In this document: positions 25,393-38,749 of the stretch, one piece after another
Layout: each line of letters starts with the position of its first letter
Numbering within the stretch: position 1 is the stretch's first letter
Source: Scyliorhinus canicula
Lineage: Eukaryota
Direction: 5' to 3'
DNA length: 64,000 nt
Assembly (NCBI RefSeq): GCF_902713615.1
Contig: NC_052146.1
Span: 192,839,199-192,903,198 of the forward strand
The notes under the pieces: generated by a model
Seen by the model: the letters and a program-made list of their open reading frames with translations, nothing else
Database searches by the model: none
Told to the model about the DNA's origin: nothing
Made by a program: the position numbers and the translations under genes

Positions 25393-26544
25393 ATGCTGGC
25401 ACAGGCCAGTTGGACGAAATGGTCTTTTGTGTTATATAATTCAATGAAAGAGGGGCCTTAATTCTGAGTCTTAGTACTGTACCAAGTAGAATGTAAGAAT
25501 GTTCCTTCTTGCAGAGAGAAAAAGAACAGGCATTTAAATTCACATCATTGGGACGTCCCTAAGCACTTCACAGTCAATTAAATACTTTTTATGATATCAT
25601 CCCTGCTGTAATGTAGGAAATGTGATAGCCAGTTTGTGCTCAGCAAATTCCCACATTCAGCAATGTGATAATGATCAGATTATGTATGGTAATCCTGTTT
25701 GAGTGATAAATATTGACCGACACTGGGGAGAATTCTGTGCTTTCCTTCAAAAATGATGCTGGTTTCTAATACATCCACCTGAGAGATTGAATGTTTCATC
25801 TGAAAGATGCCACTACCAGCAGTGCAGCACGCCTTCAGTATATCACTGTAATGTCAGCCCAGATTTTCCTCTAATCTCTAAGTACAATGTGTACGTGCGA
25901 TCCTCTGACACTGAGGCGTGAGTGCTATTAACTGAATCATAGTTGACCATTTGTAAGAATGTTCAATGCAAGTTAGAGGTCAATGTGCTTAGAAAACATT
26001 CTCATGGAAAAGGACTTGGTTGGATTTGTAATTGGTGTCACTGAGGTTTTAGCATTTTGGGTACTTAATGGGTCACTGCAGTGCATGTTATTTGGAATAC
26101 TTCCAGTTAATTGTTTCCTGCTCACTTCCACCTACATAATGTTGCTGGTTTCCATCCTTACCCCAACTCATTTGATGCTGGGACTCCAATGCCATTTATT
26201 ATCTCTGGACCTGCCTATTTCAATACTATCCTGGTTGAACTTGCATCCACCGCAAAATCTTTGCCAACCTCTCTATCCCAACTCAAACCGAGTTCCATTC
26301 ACCCATCACAGCTGTGGTCGCCAACCTACATTGAGGCTTTCTAGTATATGTGCCAGTGTTAAATTCTGATCCTTATTTTCAAATCCCTGCAGTCTGATAT
26401 CTCCATATCTCTGTAACTTTGTCCCAACCTATGACCCTCCAATTCTGACCTTTTGCACATCCATGATTTTCATCACTTCATTGTTAACTGTGCCTTCAAC
26501 TGCTTCAGCCCTAAGCTTCCTAAACCCTCTTCCTTAAAGTGCTT

Positions 26545-27161
26545 GGACTGGTCGTGTGTGTGTGTCACAGAGTCTCGCTCTATGCAGACTGTATGTACGG
26601 ACCCATTGGAGGGGATGGAAGAAATCATGAGGATTCTAGGAGAATTTGGCCGGTTTTCAGGGTATAAGTTAAATATGGGGAAAAAGTTAGATGTTTGCGA
26701 TCCAGGCGAGGGGACAGGAGAGGCAATTGGGGGGGGGGGGGGGGGGGGGGCTGCTGTTTAGATTAGTAGGGGGAAGCTTTAGGTACCTCGGCATTCAAGT
26801 GGCACGGGAATGAGACCGGCTGCATAAATTAAATCTGGCCTGGCTAGTAGACCAAATGAAGGACGATTTTCGGAGATGGGACGCGCTCCCGTTGTCATTA
26901 GCTGGGAGGGTGCAGATGGTGAAGATGACGGTCCTCCTGAGGTTCCTGTTCATGTTTCAATGTCTTCCCATCACTGTTAGGGTTCGTCGACTTCTTTGCA
27001 GAAAATCAATCATCAGCAGAAGGGGGGGGGTTAATAAATGTGGGACCTGTAGGGGAGGGAGACGGCTTTTGCACTATATTTATAGTTTCATGTGCATTGT
27101 TTATTGTGTTGTTGTCATAATACCCAAAAATATCTCAATAAAATGTTTATTTAAAAAAAAA
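26545..27161 (+). mobile_element. 5'-truncated, internally deleted L1 (RT fragment fused to the ORF2 end, 3' UTR and A-tail)
   Basis: SLYAD, FSGYKLN and RWDALPLSLAGRV..KMTVL..FQCLPI, then a jump to the ORF2 end. AATAAA plus an A-run at about 27137-27161. Confidence 0.85.
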
Positions 27162-27549
27162 TGTTTGAGAATCGCATTGGGACATTTTACCACATTAAAG
27201 GTGATGTATAAATGAAGTTTAAGATGGTTGTCGTTGGGATGTTGGCATTGTCCATTATCCCCTTCCACTTCGAAATAACATTCTCCCTGTGTCTACGTGG
27301 GTCTCACTCCCACAACCCAAAATTGTGCAAGTAGATGGATTGGCCACATTAAATTGACCCTTATTTGGGAATAAAGGAATTCGGTACTCTAAATTTATTT
27401 TTAAAAAGAAATAAGTATGAGGATTTTTTTGGAAGACCTTCAAATTCCCTAAATTTGAAGAATAGATTTTAGGAAGGCAGGAAAAATTGATGCCTGATCA
27501 GCAAACCTCTCCAATTCCAAATTTTGCTAAATTTCATCTGAAGGATCCT

Positions 27550-28113
27550 GGGCGGAATGCTCCGATCCTGGGTGTTGACTCCGCCGTAAATGCCAGATCG
27601 TTTTCCAACGGCGTCATCTGACCCCTAGGATCAGCGATCCTGTGCCGCACAGGGGGCCAGCATGGCACTGGAGAGCCTTGGGCTGCTCCAGCTGCCAAAA
27701 CGGGCGTCAGCACGGGCGGCGTGAGTTCGCGCATGCACACAACGGCCTGTGAGTACACGCATGTGCGTGGGTTGCCATCTCCGCACCGGCCCTGACGTAA
27801 CATGGCAACGGCCTACAGGGGCCCGGCACGGAGGAAGATAGGCCCCCACCGGGATACGCCCGCCCGCCGATTGGTAGGCCCCGATTGCGGGCCAGGTCAC
27901 AGTGGAGCCCCCCCCCTGGATGTCGGATCCCCGCCACCCCTCAACCAGGCCGTTCCCCGCAGCATGAACGCGGAGGTCCCGCCAGGTAGGACCGCACCAG
28001 AACGACGCCGGCGGAATTCGGCAAGCACTCGGCCCATCGCGCGGGGGGAATCGCTGGGGCGTGGCCCCCCCCAGCGATTCTCCGACCCAACGCGGGGTTG
28101 GAGAATCCAACCC
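27550..28113. mobile_element. GC/CpG-rich Harbinger/PIF-type MITE
   Basis: TIRs gggcggaatgctcc…ggagaatccaaccc with a 3-bp TSD cct/cct. Confidence 0.85.
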
Positions 28114-31100
28114 CCTGTATTTAAATAAAAATAAAATGCAGTGTATTCTCTACATAGTTCACACTGCAGTCACAGCACTGGTGGTGGAGGGAGTGAACAT
28201 TTAACCTGTGACATCAGTTGTTTTGTTTCTATCAAACTGCCATAAATTGATCAGTGATTGATATTGGAATGCTTCCGATGAGGCGCGGAAAAAAATAGAA
28301 TTTGACATTCTCTTTTAAATATGAAAGGATTGTGGAGCAAATCCCTCGCTGACATCCAAAATTCATCCTAGATTTCTGTGAAACATGATGTGCATAAAGA
28401 GAAACGTACATTTCAAATTTGAGTTGTTTTTTCCCCTGGAGAATTATGGTATAGAACTCCAGGCTAGTGCTCGTAAGGCTCGGGACTAAATCTGTGACAT
28501 CTATGTGTAATTTGTAGTTGGCAATTGCTGGAATATCTGAATTATTCAGCACTCTTTGCAGGAGCCGCCAACATTCTTCCTCCCAGTGTAATGTGGGCCA
28601 TATGTTATATGATTAGCTCATGTATCTGCCCACCTGAATTTCATCAGACTTAACATTGCTACTCATGGTTCTGACCTCCATGTAATAAAAAGGGGCACTC
28701 AATATCTGTAAAACTGAGGGATTTGCTTATTGAGGAAGTTTTAACAGGCTTGGGGTTCTTTTCTCTAGAGAACGCTGTGAACGGTCTTTAAAATTATATA
28801 GGGGTTTAATATAATTGACTACAATGCTTCCACTTGGGTCAGAACATAACGAGGAGTTCTAAAAGTAAGGTAGTCATTGAGAGATTCAGGAGAATCCTCC
28901 AACTGATTGGAATGTGGGACTTTCGTTTGGATGAATGGCATAGATGCATTTAAGGGAAAGTTGCATAAGTAAATGAAGAGTGGGAGGAGGATACGGTCAA
29001 GTGCACAGACACCAGCATAGAGCAGCTGGACTGAATGACCTATTTCTGAGCTATGCATTTTATGTATTCGGTGTTTCCCAACAATGCGTCTGATGCCTTG
29101 GTTTCCCAACTGAACATTTTTCTCATCCAAGACAAATTTCCAGGTTAATTCCAAAGGTGGCTGCTGCTCATTCTGGAGGAAGACTTGCAAACATGTACAT
29201 AATGGATGTTTTGATATCTCCATTGCTCAGCGCGTCATGACATTACTTTATACCACCTCTGCCATTTTGGTGTCTTGTCTAGTTAGCATGTAACTTTGCA
29301 TTTGGATGTGTTATCCTTCACTTGCAGCAGGTAGAATGTGTATTTACTAATTTTTTTTTTTGTATTGAATTATTGGGTGGATCACTACTTTCTGTCAAAT
29401 GTACTGAAAACACCTACTTCGAGGCCAACTCCATTTTAAGAGTCTGCATTTTAACAAGCTTGTAGGTAGTGCCGCCACCAACCCCACATATTCGAAATTA
29501 TAGATTCCTATTCTTAATCCCCAAACTGAGACTTCACTTACCTTTGTCTTTTCCTCTTGTCATTAATGGCAATGCCCCCTCACCTCCCTGCTGAGAACAT
29601 GGCCCACTGAACCAGGAGAACTCCCTTACCCCTCCCTTCTCGCTTTTCCTTTCCCTCCTCCCAGGTCCCTCTCCACTTCTCACCTCTCCATACTCTGTAA
29701 TACTCAGTACGTTGAGTGATGGTGGGCCAGAAGTAGTGTTAGGTTGATGCAGGACGGTGTTTAAATACCTTAATGAGACTCTGAGCAGGGTTTGTTCTGG
29801 AGCTGGTGATTTTTTTTTCCCATCTCTAGTTTTTTTAGGAACAACAGTCGAAGGTAATGTCAGGAGCATAGTGTTTCATGTCCAAACATGGAGAGAGGTT
29901 CAGAGTAGATCTGACCCTGGGGCAAAGAAATGCATCCAGCTGCCTCCCTGATCTCTAACATCACCACACAAAGGTTATTTTTGACTGTTATGGCCAACTT
30001 GATTGCACTTGGGGCCCAGCATAAGCTTTTTCACCATGCTTTACTGTTGTGTTTAACTTGATGGTTAGAAGTTATAATATTTCCTTGAGTGCAAGAGATT
30101 GAATGGTTATCTGATGGAGTTTTTTAAGACGATTTGAAGGATTTGATGGTGTAGATAGAAAAAAAAAATTCTGTTAATGGAGAAACCCAGAACAAAGAGG
30201 CATAACCATAAAATTAGAGCTTGGATGTTCAGGGATGAAATCTGGAAGCATTCGTTCTCTCAAAAGGTAATGGTTGTTGGGTCAAGGTATTAAGTGAAAT
30301 GGAGCAAAGATAGGTAAATTGAGTTGAGTTACAGATCAGCCATGATCTGATTGAATAATGAAGCAGGTCCAATGGGCTGAAAGGTCTCCTCCTGTTCCTC
30401 TCTGTTAGTCAATAAACTAAATCTCAATATCACTGCTGATCATACTGTGATTTTATAGTTGAATGTAGCCTTTCATGATATGGCCATTAGACACAAACAA
30501 CACACTAAATCCCACTAACTGTGATTCTGCAATTGCATGCAGGGAGCATAGCTCATTTTGCATGCAGATTGAAATTTTAGATATCGGCAGTCAGTTTGTT
30601 GTCTCGGTTTGGTAGGCAACCAGGGATGCTAAATTCTGACAGTAGTGTTCCCCAACCAATTTGATTTGTACCAAAATCCCAAAAGTTGTGTTAAAAAGAT
30701 CATGCTGATTTTCCTACCAAATAATGCTGACGTTTGGTTTGTTTGCTCAGTCTGACCACTTGGCACACTTCCGTTTCTGTTACGCTCTGCTTTTTTGGCA
30801 TTTCCAGTGATGCATGGGTCAAAGAGCAGCAATGTTAACTCAGTCCCACTCTGATCTCAAGTGCACTGAAGCCACAGTCCTGTGCCACCTTGAACATCAC
30901 ACTGGCTGCAGTACAACTCCAGCCCATTACAAGTGCCCAGAGGAGCTCCTTTTTGCTGACAGTACGCCCATCAATGAAGTGCAACCACTAGGATAACTTG
31001 TGTCCTATCTTCGCTCCATCCTTTTTCCTCTTGCCCAGCCCCTTCCCATCTATATCGGCAAACTTCCAGTTCCCTGGCTCTAACTACCACCTCTTTGCCA

Positions 31101-32185
31101 TGGATTTCCAATCCCTCTATATCTCCATTTCCCACCAGGTTTGAGAGCTCTCCGCTTTTCCTCGAGCAGAGGCCTGAACAATCCCCATCCACCACATTCT
31201 CCTCCGTCTGGCTGAACATGCCCTCTCACAAAACAATTTCCTCTTTCCCTTGTCTCACTTCCTCCAAACCAAAGGTATGACTTTGGGTAGCCGCATGCGT
31301 CCTGATTTGCCTGTCACTTTATGGGGTATCTGGAACACTACTCCAGCCCCATCCCACAACTCTTTTATTGGTGCATTGATGACTGTTTCAGTGCCGCTTC
31401 ATGTTCCCGTCTGGACCGGGACACAATTATTAATTTTGCTTCTAAATTCCACCCCTCTGTCACCTTCACGTGTCCATCTCTGACGGTTCCCTTCCCTTTC
31501 TTGACCTTCCTATCTCCTTTTCTGGGGATAGACTGTCTACTAATATCCATTACAAGCCCACTGATCCTTACCTCAAATACTACTCTTCACACCCAACATC
31601 CTGTAAGGAATCCATCCCATTCTCCCAGTTCCTTCGCCTCCATTGCATCTGCTCTGATGATGCCACTTTCCAGAATGGTGCTGCTGACATGTCTTCATTC
31701 TTCTTTAATCGTGGTTTCCCACCCACTGTGGTCGACAGGGCTCTCAACCGTATCCGACCCATCTCCCGCACCTCTGTTCTCACCCCTTCCCCACCCTTCC
31801 AGAGTCAGAATAGGGTCCCCTTTATCCTCACTTTTCACACCACCAGCCTTCGCATTCAAAGGATCATCCTCCTCCAGTTCTACCTTCTCCAACATGATGC
31901 CATCACCAAACACTTCTTCCACTTACTTCCCCCTGTCAGCATTCCACAGAGACCATTCCCTCCAGGATACCCTGTCCATTCGTATATCATCCCCAACACC
32001 CCTCTCTCTCTCTTCCCATGGCATCGTCCCATGCAATCACAGGTGTAACACCTGCCCCTTTACTTCCTCCCTACTCACCTTCCAAGGGCCTAAACACTCT
32101 TTTCAGGTAAGGTGGTGCTTCACGTGCACCTCCTTCAATCTGGTCTATTGCATTCACTGCTCCCAATGCAGTCTACTCTACATTA

Positions 32186-33619
32186 TATTACGCTCCCATA
32201 CCAGTGGCTAGGATACCTGCCAGAACCCCCAGGGCGCGATTCTCCGCAACCACGATGGGTGGGAGAATAGCGGGAGGTCCGTTCCCACTGTTCTCTCTCT
32301 CTCCCCCCCAAATGGCATGTCCGGTTTTCCGACACGCCGCTCGGAGAAACGTGGGCCGCCATTTTTCACGGCGGCCCGCAATTCTCCGACCCGGATGGCC
32401 GAGCAGCCTGCCGTTCCCGACCTGTTCACGACGGCGGCAACCACACCTGGTCGCTGACGTCGTGAACATGGTACGCCAGGTAAGTGGGGGGGGGCGGGGG
32501 GATCGGGGATCGAGCACCACGACTGTGCTCGGGAGGACTGGCCCACCGATCGTCGGGCCGGCGTCTCAAGGGGACGCACTCTTTCCCCTCCACCGCCCCG
32601 CAAGATCAAGCCGCCACATCTTTGGGGGTGGCTAAGGGGAAAGATGGCAACCGCGCATTTTGCGGGTTTGAGCTGTCCAACCCGCGCATGTGCGGCTGAC
32701 TTCATTAGGCTCTGCCGCGGCATCATTCCTGGCGCGCCGAGCCTTGAAGCCAGGGACCAGGCCCGGCCGCCGAGTTTCCCGGTACGGCCCACCTATCCCC
32801 CCGAATAGATGGCCGGGAGAGGCTTCCGACGCCGTCGTGAACCTCTCCAGGTTTCACGACGGCGTCGGGCCTTGCGGAGAATTCCGCCCCCAATATTTTA
32901 TTTTATTTTGTAAGACTGTGCGGAAAGAATACTTCACTGTAGGAGTGATTGCACAAAGGAATAGGGATTTGGTTATTTAAAACAAAGCTTTATTATAAAC
33001 TTAATATTAAACTCTTTAACATCACACCTGAAGATAGCTTACAATTACCCCTGAAACAATACTACTCAATACAATAAATACAATATCCTTAATTACTATC
33101 TCTGTTCCCAATTAAGCAAAAGAAAGGAGAAAACATACAGCTCTCAATCCATCCTATATCCCACTGGCTTTCCAGAATCAATTTGGCTCCTGTTAGAACG
33201 CCTGCAAACTTTGGCTGGATGTCTTCAAAAAGCTATTTCAACTGTTTATTGTCCCCCTTGTCACAAGTCTGCATTGCGTTAAATATTTTGTTTACTATGC
33301 AACTAAGAGCAAAATACCTTAATTGTGATCTAAAAGTGATAGCCAGATCAAAACTCATCTCAGAAGCTCTCTCAAAAAATCTGAAGCCTTGGCTCCACTC
33401 AGCAATTACATCTCCCCAAGCTGAAAACAAATTGACTCCTCCTAGTCAAACAACTAGGCTTTTTACTTTGGACAATTTCACCTCTGCGTCTTTAAAAGCT
33501 TTCTGGCCTTGCAAAACAAGATTATTTTAAAAACATGACAACTGCAGTCAAACACACTCTAACCCAGGCTTTTAACTCTTAAATTGCCCTAATAAACCCA
33601 AAATTCTGCATTTGTCACA
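32186..33619 (-). mobile_element. Probable solo LTR (about 770 bp without the nested MITE)
   Basis: Precisely interrupts the Penelope GIY-YIG motif. Termini tattac…gtcaca, 4-bp TSD atta/attg, and a minus-strand AATAAA at 32989-32994. Confidence 0.7.
32232..32889. mobile_element. GC/CpG-rich Harbinger/PIF-type MITE nested in the solo LTR
   Basis: TIRs gggcgcgattctccgc…gcggagaattccgccc with a 3-bp TSD cca/cca. Confidence 0.88.
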
Positions 33620-34496
33620 ATTGGAGAGGCTCTGTGCAGAATGGGTTAACTTTTTGCAGAACATCCGCAAGTAGGACACAGACCTTCCTGTCACTTGCCA
33701 GTTCAACTCGCCTTCATGCTCTTATGTCCACATGTCTGTCCTTGGTCTGCTGCTATGTTCCATTAAAGCCCAGCATAAACTGGGGGAACACAAGCTCATT
33801 TTTCTATTTAGGCACGTTATAGCCTTCTGGACTCAGAGTTCAACAACTTCTGACTGTGAATTCTCTCCTCCACCATCACCCCATTTTTATTTCTATCAAT
33901 TCATTTTAATTTCTTCTATCGATCAGTTTTCCCTCACCGTTGTCTCCTCCCTCTGCCCCCTCCTCCACTTGATCTATCTGTTCCCTGTTCCAAGTTGGCC
34001 TTTGATACACTGCTCACCTTGGTTATGCCATTAACATATTTTGATCTCCTAGTGCACCACTATACTATCAGCACTCTTCTTAGCCATTACCTCCTCACCA
34101 TTTACATTCCCTTTGCCTTTTTGTCTACAACATCTTTGTCAATCTCCACCTATCGCTGGCCTTCTATCCAGCTGCCACCGTTTGGGCAGCATGGTAGCAC
34201 AAGTGGCTAGCACTGTGGCTTCACAGCGCCAGGATCCCAGGTTCGATTCCCCATTGGGTCACTGTCTGTGCGGAGTCTGCACGTTCTCGTGTCTGTGTGG
34301 GTTTCCGCCGGTTGCTCCAGTTTCCTCCCAGTCCAAAGACGTGCAGTTTAGGTGGATTGGCCACACTAAATTGCCCTTAGTGTCCAAAAAGGTGAGGAGG
34401 GATTATTGGGTTACGAGGATAGGGTGGAAGTGAGGGCTTAAGTGGGTTGGTGCAGACTCGATTGGCTGAATGGCCTCCTTCTGCACTGTATGTTCT

Positions 34497-35098
34497 GAGA
34501 AAGCACGACAGTGCCTATACTTCCTCAGGAAACTAAGGAAATTCGGCATGTCCGCGTTAACTCTTAACAACTTTTACAGAAACACCATAGAAAGCATCCT
34601 ATCTGGCTGCATCACAGTCTGGTATGGCAACTGCTTGGCCCAAGACCGCAAGAAACTTCAGAGACTCGTGAACACCGCCCAGTCCATCACACGCACCTGC
34701 CTCCCATCCATTAACTTCATCTCCACCTCCCGCTGCCTGGGAAAAGCAGGCAGCATAATCAAAGACCCCTCCCACCCGGCTTACTCACTCTTCCAACTTC
34801 TTCCATCGGGCAGGAGATACAAATGTCTGAGAACAGACTCAAAAACAGCTTCTTCCCCACTGTTACCAGATGCCTAAACGACCCTCTTATGGACTGACCT
34901 CATTAACACTACACCCGGTATGCTTCATCCGATGCCGGTATTATGTACTTGCATTGTGTACCTTGTGTTGTCCTATTATGTATTTTCTTTTATTTCCTTT
35001 TGTTTTCATGTACTTGATGATCTGTTGAGCTGGCCGCAGAAAAATACTTTTCACTGTACCTCGGTACACGTGACAATAAACAAAATCCAAAAAAAAAT
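34497..35098 (+). mobile_element. Rex1/Babar-type LINE 3' fragment
   Basis: KARQCLYFLRKLRKFG…FYR.TIESILSGCITVWYGNC…DRKKLQR (DUF1891-like region), then a 3' UTR ending caataaacaaaatcc. Confidence 0.85.
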
Positions 35099-35577
35099 CC
35101 CACTCCACACATACACACACAATAGTATAAATCTGCTCCTATTTACAGTTCTCACTAGCTTTGACAGAGTCATCCAGACTCAACATTAACTCCCTTCTCT
35201 CTCCGTAGATGCTGTCAGACCTACTGAGATTGTCCAGTTTTTGTTTCAGATTTCAGCATCTGCAGTCATTTGTTTGTATAACTTAAGTCTCTGCACATCA
35301 CATATAGTGCCTGGAGTGTTGGATTTCCAATGAAAGAATTGTGAAAAATGTTAAGAGTAGGTGGGGCGAAGCTGTTTTCACTGGCAGGGATATTAATAAC
35401 CAGAGGGCATGGATTCAACTATTGTCTAAAGAACCAGGGAAGATGAAATTTTTTTCTGCAGAGTTGTGAAATGGAATGCACTGCCTGAAGAAGTGATGAA
35501 AGCAGATTCAAACTGACTTTCAAAAGGGATATGGATGTATCTTTGAAAAAGAAATGTGGGTCTCTGGGGAAAGATGG

Positions 35578-36222
35578 AGCGCAATTCCCATGGTGGGGTG
35601 GGGGGAGTGTTTCCCGCTGCAGAGGCTGACTGGCAGGCATGACCATAGCTTCCTTCGCTGGCATAATTAATTAGGCATCGGGGGTTGTTGTGCTATCTTC
35701 CATGGTGGAGTGGACTTGATTGAACACGTCTTGCTCTCATATCTGTGTGCCGTATTTAAAAGTCACTCCCAACACCACTTATGCACTGTTGAAGAAAGAA
35801 GATGGGCCTCTGGGAACATTGAAGCTGGAAGATGGACCGTATCAAAAACATGAAAGTTGAAAGAGCCACCTAAAGATGCTCTTCCCTATGTGGTGTTCCA
35901 GCGTCGCTAGTGGCTTCCATCCTGACCTCCGGAAGCAACCCTAGGCCACCTTCAGCTAAGTTCTGACTTCTGCATATCACCTTAGTCCAGATGTATTCTG
36001 AACCGGCGTGCTTTCCTGCTGAATGTGGCGTTGTGGGAGATTTCATTCGGGTCTTCATCTGCATCCCATTGGCGGAAGGCAAATCGGCTTCACACCAGCC
36101 TTCTGCAGGATTCCCGATCCGTCATGGTGGGCAGTATTGGAAGATCCCACTTATTTTTGGGTGTCTTGCTGACTCCACCCCCCCCAACCCATCCGGCTGG
36201 CGGGGGTGTCGGAGAATTCTCA
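35578..36222. mobile_element. Older degenerate Harbinger-type MITE
   Basis: Ends gagcgcaattccc…ggagaattctcat resemble the MITE TIRs. It interrupts a CR1 3' fragment. Confidence 0.45.
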
Positions 36223-36761
36223 TGGAGGTTGGGGAAATTAATTGAATAGCTACTTAAAGAGCCAGCACAAGCACTTTGAGCTGAATGGCCTGATGTACTG
36301 CACCCGCAATATTAACAGAAACATTTGGATTCACACCTGATCCTGATTGAAATGACGATTGTGAAACCATTCTGTGCCCTGCATCAGTTGTATTCCACCA
36401 GTCCACATCCCTCAGTAACACAACTGGGTTCAAACCAAAAAAGAACAGATCTGTGATATCTACTTTTGTGATCCAAGTTGAACAATGGCTGGAAGGTTTT
36501 GACTGGAACAATTGCCCTGAACTAGAGAAGCTGTCAAAATCAATTCCTCCTGGAAAAGATTGGCATGCTTTGAATGGAAATTTTATCTTTAGCATTCAGG
36601 AGTCAGTCTTTTAACTGGTTTCCAACACAACCAATCTCAGCATGCACTCCTTCGTGCAGCTCCTACCATTCAAAACATTCAGTTGCTTTTCTCAACCAAT
36701 AGGAAATTACCATTGACTATTTAATGAATGCCAGTAATAGATGTCAGCCTTGGCCCCACGT

Positions 36762-36792
<31 letters not shown>

Positions 36793-38749
36793 AAATTCAA
36801 GTCTGACTCCAGAGACTTGAGCATGTAATCCAGGTCAGTGCTATACTGTCTGAGGTGCTGTCTGACATCCCAGTACTATTTTAAAGAAGCAAATAGGAGT
36901 TTTCCTTCATCTCCTTGACATATTCTCCTGGACAATCTTTATCTGCCAGCCATGATCTAAAACAGTTTATCTATTCGGGGTGGCACGGTGGTGAGCACTG
37001 CTGCCTCACAGCTCCAGGGACCCAGGTTCAATTCCGACCTCGGGTGACTATTTGTGGAGTTTGCACTTCCTCCCCGTGTCTGCATGGATTTCTTCTGGGA
37101 GCTCCGGTTTCTTCCCACAGTCCAAAGATGCACAGGTTAGGTGGATCAATCATGCTAAATTGCCCCTTGGTGTCCAAAAAGGTTAGGTGGGGTCACGGGG
37201 ATAGGGTGGAGGAGTGGCCTTAAGTAGGGTCTCTTTCCAATTTGATGGGCAGAATGGCCTGCACTGTAAATTCTATGATTCTATGTCACATTGCTGATTT
37301 GAGGAACCTTGATATTTCCAAATTGGTTGCTGTGTTTCCCTACATCATAACAGTGACTGCACTTCAAAAGTACCTCATTGGCTGCAAAGCACTTTGATTG
37401 TGCTTTAAATCCGAAGATTGTGAAAGGCACTTTGTAAATGCGATTTCTTTCTTTGATTCACATCAGTTCCAAATTTTTTGTACTGAGATTACGGAGTTTA
37501 TTTCAGACCCAAACAGCTGGAGGCCATAGATTATCTTGATGTTGACACTGCTGATGATGGGTGCTCTAAACTTCTTGCATCCAATCGTTTTCATTCACTG
37601 GAGTGTTGTGAAACAAAGTTTGACACCAAGGCTATTAACGTGCTATTAGGGTGGGAAGCAGATTTCAAGCAGTAATTTAAGAAATTACTAGGCTTCCCAA
37701 GGACTTTCCAAAGCTTAGGGCCCAGGCTGATGAAGGATTGGTTGCTAAGGGTGATTAAAGTTGGGAATGCGGCAGTGGCTAGAATTGGAGACGCGCAGAG
37801 ATCTTCAAGGATGACAGCATCTCCTTGGAGTGCAAGGTCAACTGGAGGAATCCCATCGCCTTCTGTCCAAGGAGATGTGCTATCACTCCCACACAACGAG
37901 GCCAACACTGCAAGGGTGGGGTCCGCAGTGGTGACCTTGGCACATGACGTGCAGAGAATGTCCGCTCCATGGTTCAGCTCATGGTCTCCATGGTGCAAGC
38001 ACTGGTGGGAATTGACGAGCGTCGGCGCCAGAGGACAGCGGGGCTTCTGGATCTCGCACCAGCTGCCCCCCTCTATCCCATGGAGAAGCACAGGGGCCCC
38101 CGACATGCAAAGGGAAGAGGATCATCAGAAGCGCAGCCCTGAGTCCTCCCTTCTGACACTGTCTTCCTGTGAACGACATTTCTCCAGCCCAGCACACCGG
38201 GCAGGGTAGCACTGCAATCCCTGTGCTGCCCAAAGGCAGCTCCACGTCCCCCAGGGGATGCCTGACAAAATCATCTCTGGTAACAGGGCCTGGATGGCAG
38301 CAGGCTGCTCAACCTCAGCTGTGGATCCTGAGGAGACACTAGACGTGGTGAGAAAGAGTAAGAAACTGTAGGCACCTAGTGGGCCCAGGTGAACCTAGGC
38401 ACTAGTTGAGATGGACGCCATTGTAATATAGCTCTTGTGTTAAGCATTACTTTGGTCACGAGCAGATCCTCCACCAGGTCATTTCATGGCGCCATGTTCT
38501 GCAAGCCTCCGGCACACCCGGAGCTTCATTCCTGTGGACTGCGAGAATGTCTCTCACACTGATGACTCAGTAAGAAGCACTGCTGCTGCTAGCACAGGAC
38601 ACCACCCCCATCAGCGCTAGGGCCTAATTTCTGCAATTCTTCTCCAGTGATAAGGAGGCCATAGGGTTGCAAAGTGTAGAGTGGCTGGCCATCTCTGATG
38701 TTGTTAATTGGAGTAAATCACCAGGACCCCTGACCTTGGATGGATCTGC

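Larger units (their letters stand above)
31000..35280 (+). mobile_element. Decayed Penelope-like element (RT + GIY-YIG), split by nested insertions
   Basis: MGYLE…WCIDDCF and LPFLD…STNIHYKPTD…IPFSQFLRL RT/thumb motifs. FTCTSFNLVYCIHCSQCSLLYI breaks at 32185 and resumes attggagag (I-G-E) at 33620. Terminal-repeat-like tail at 35150-35280. Confidence 0.85.
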
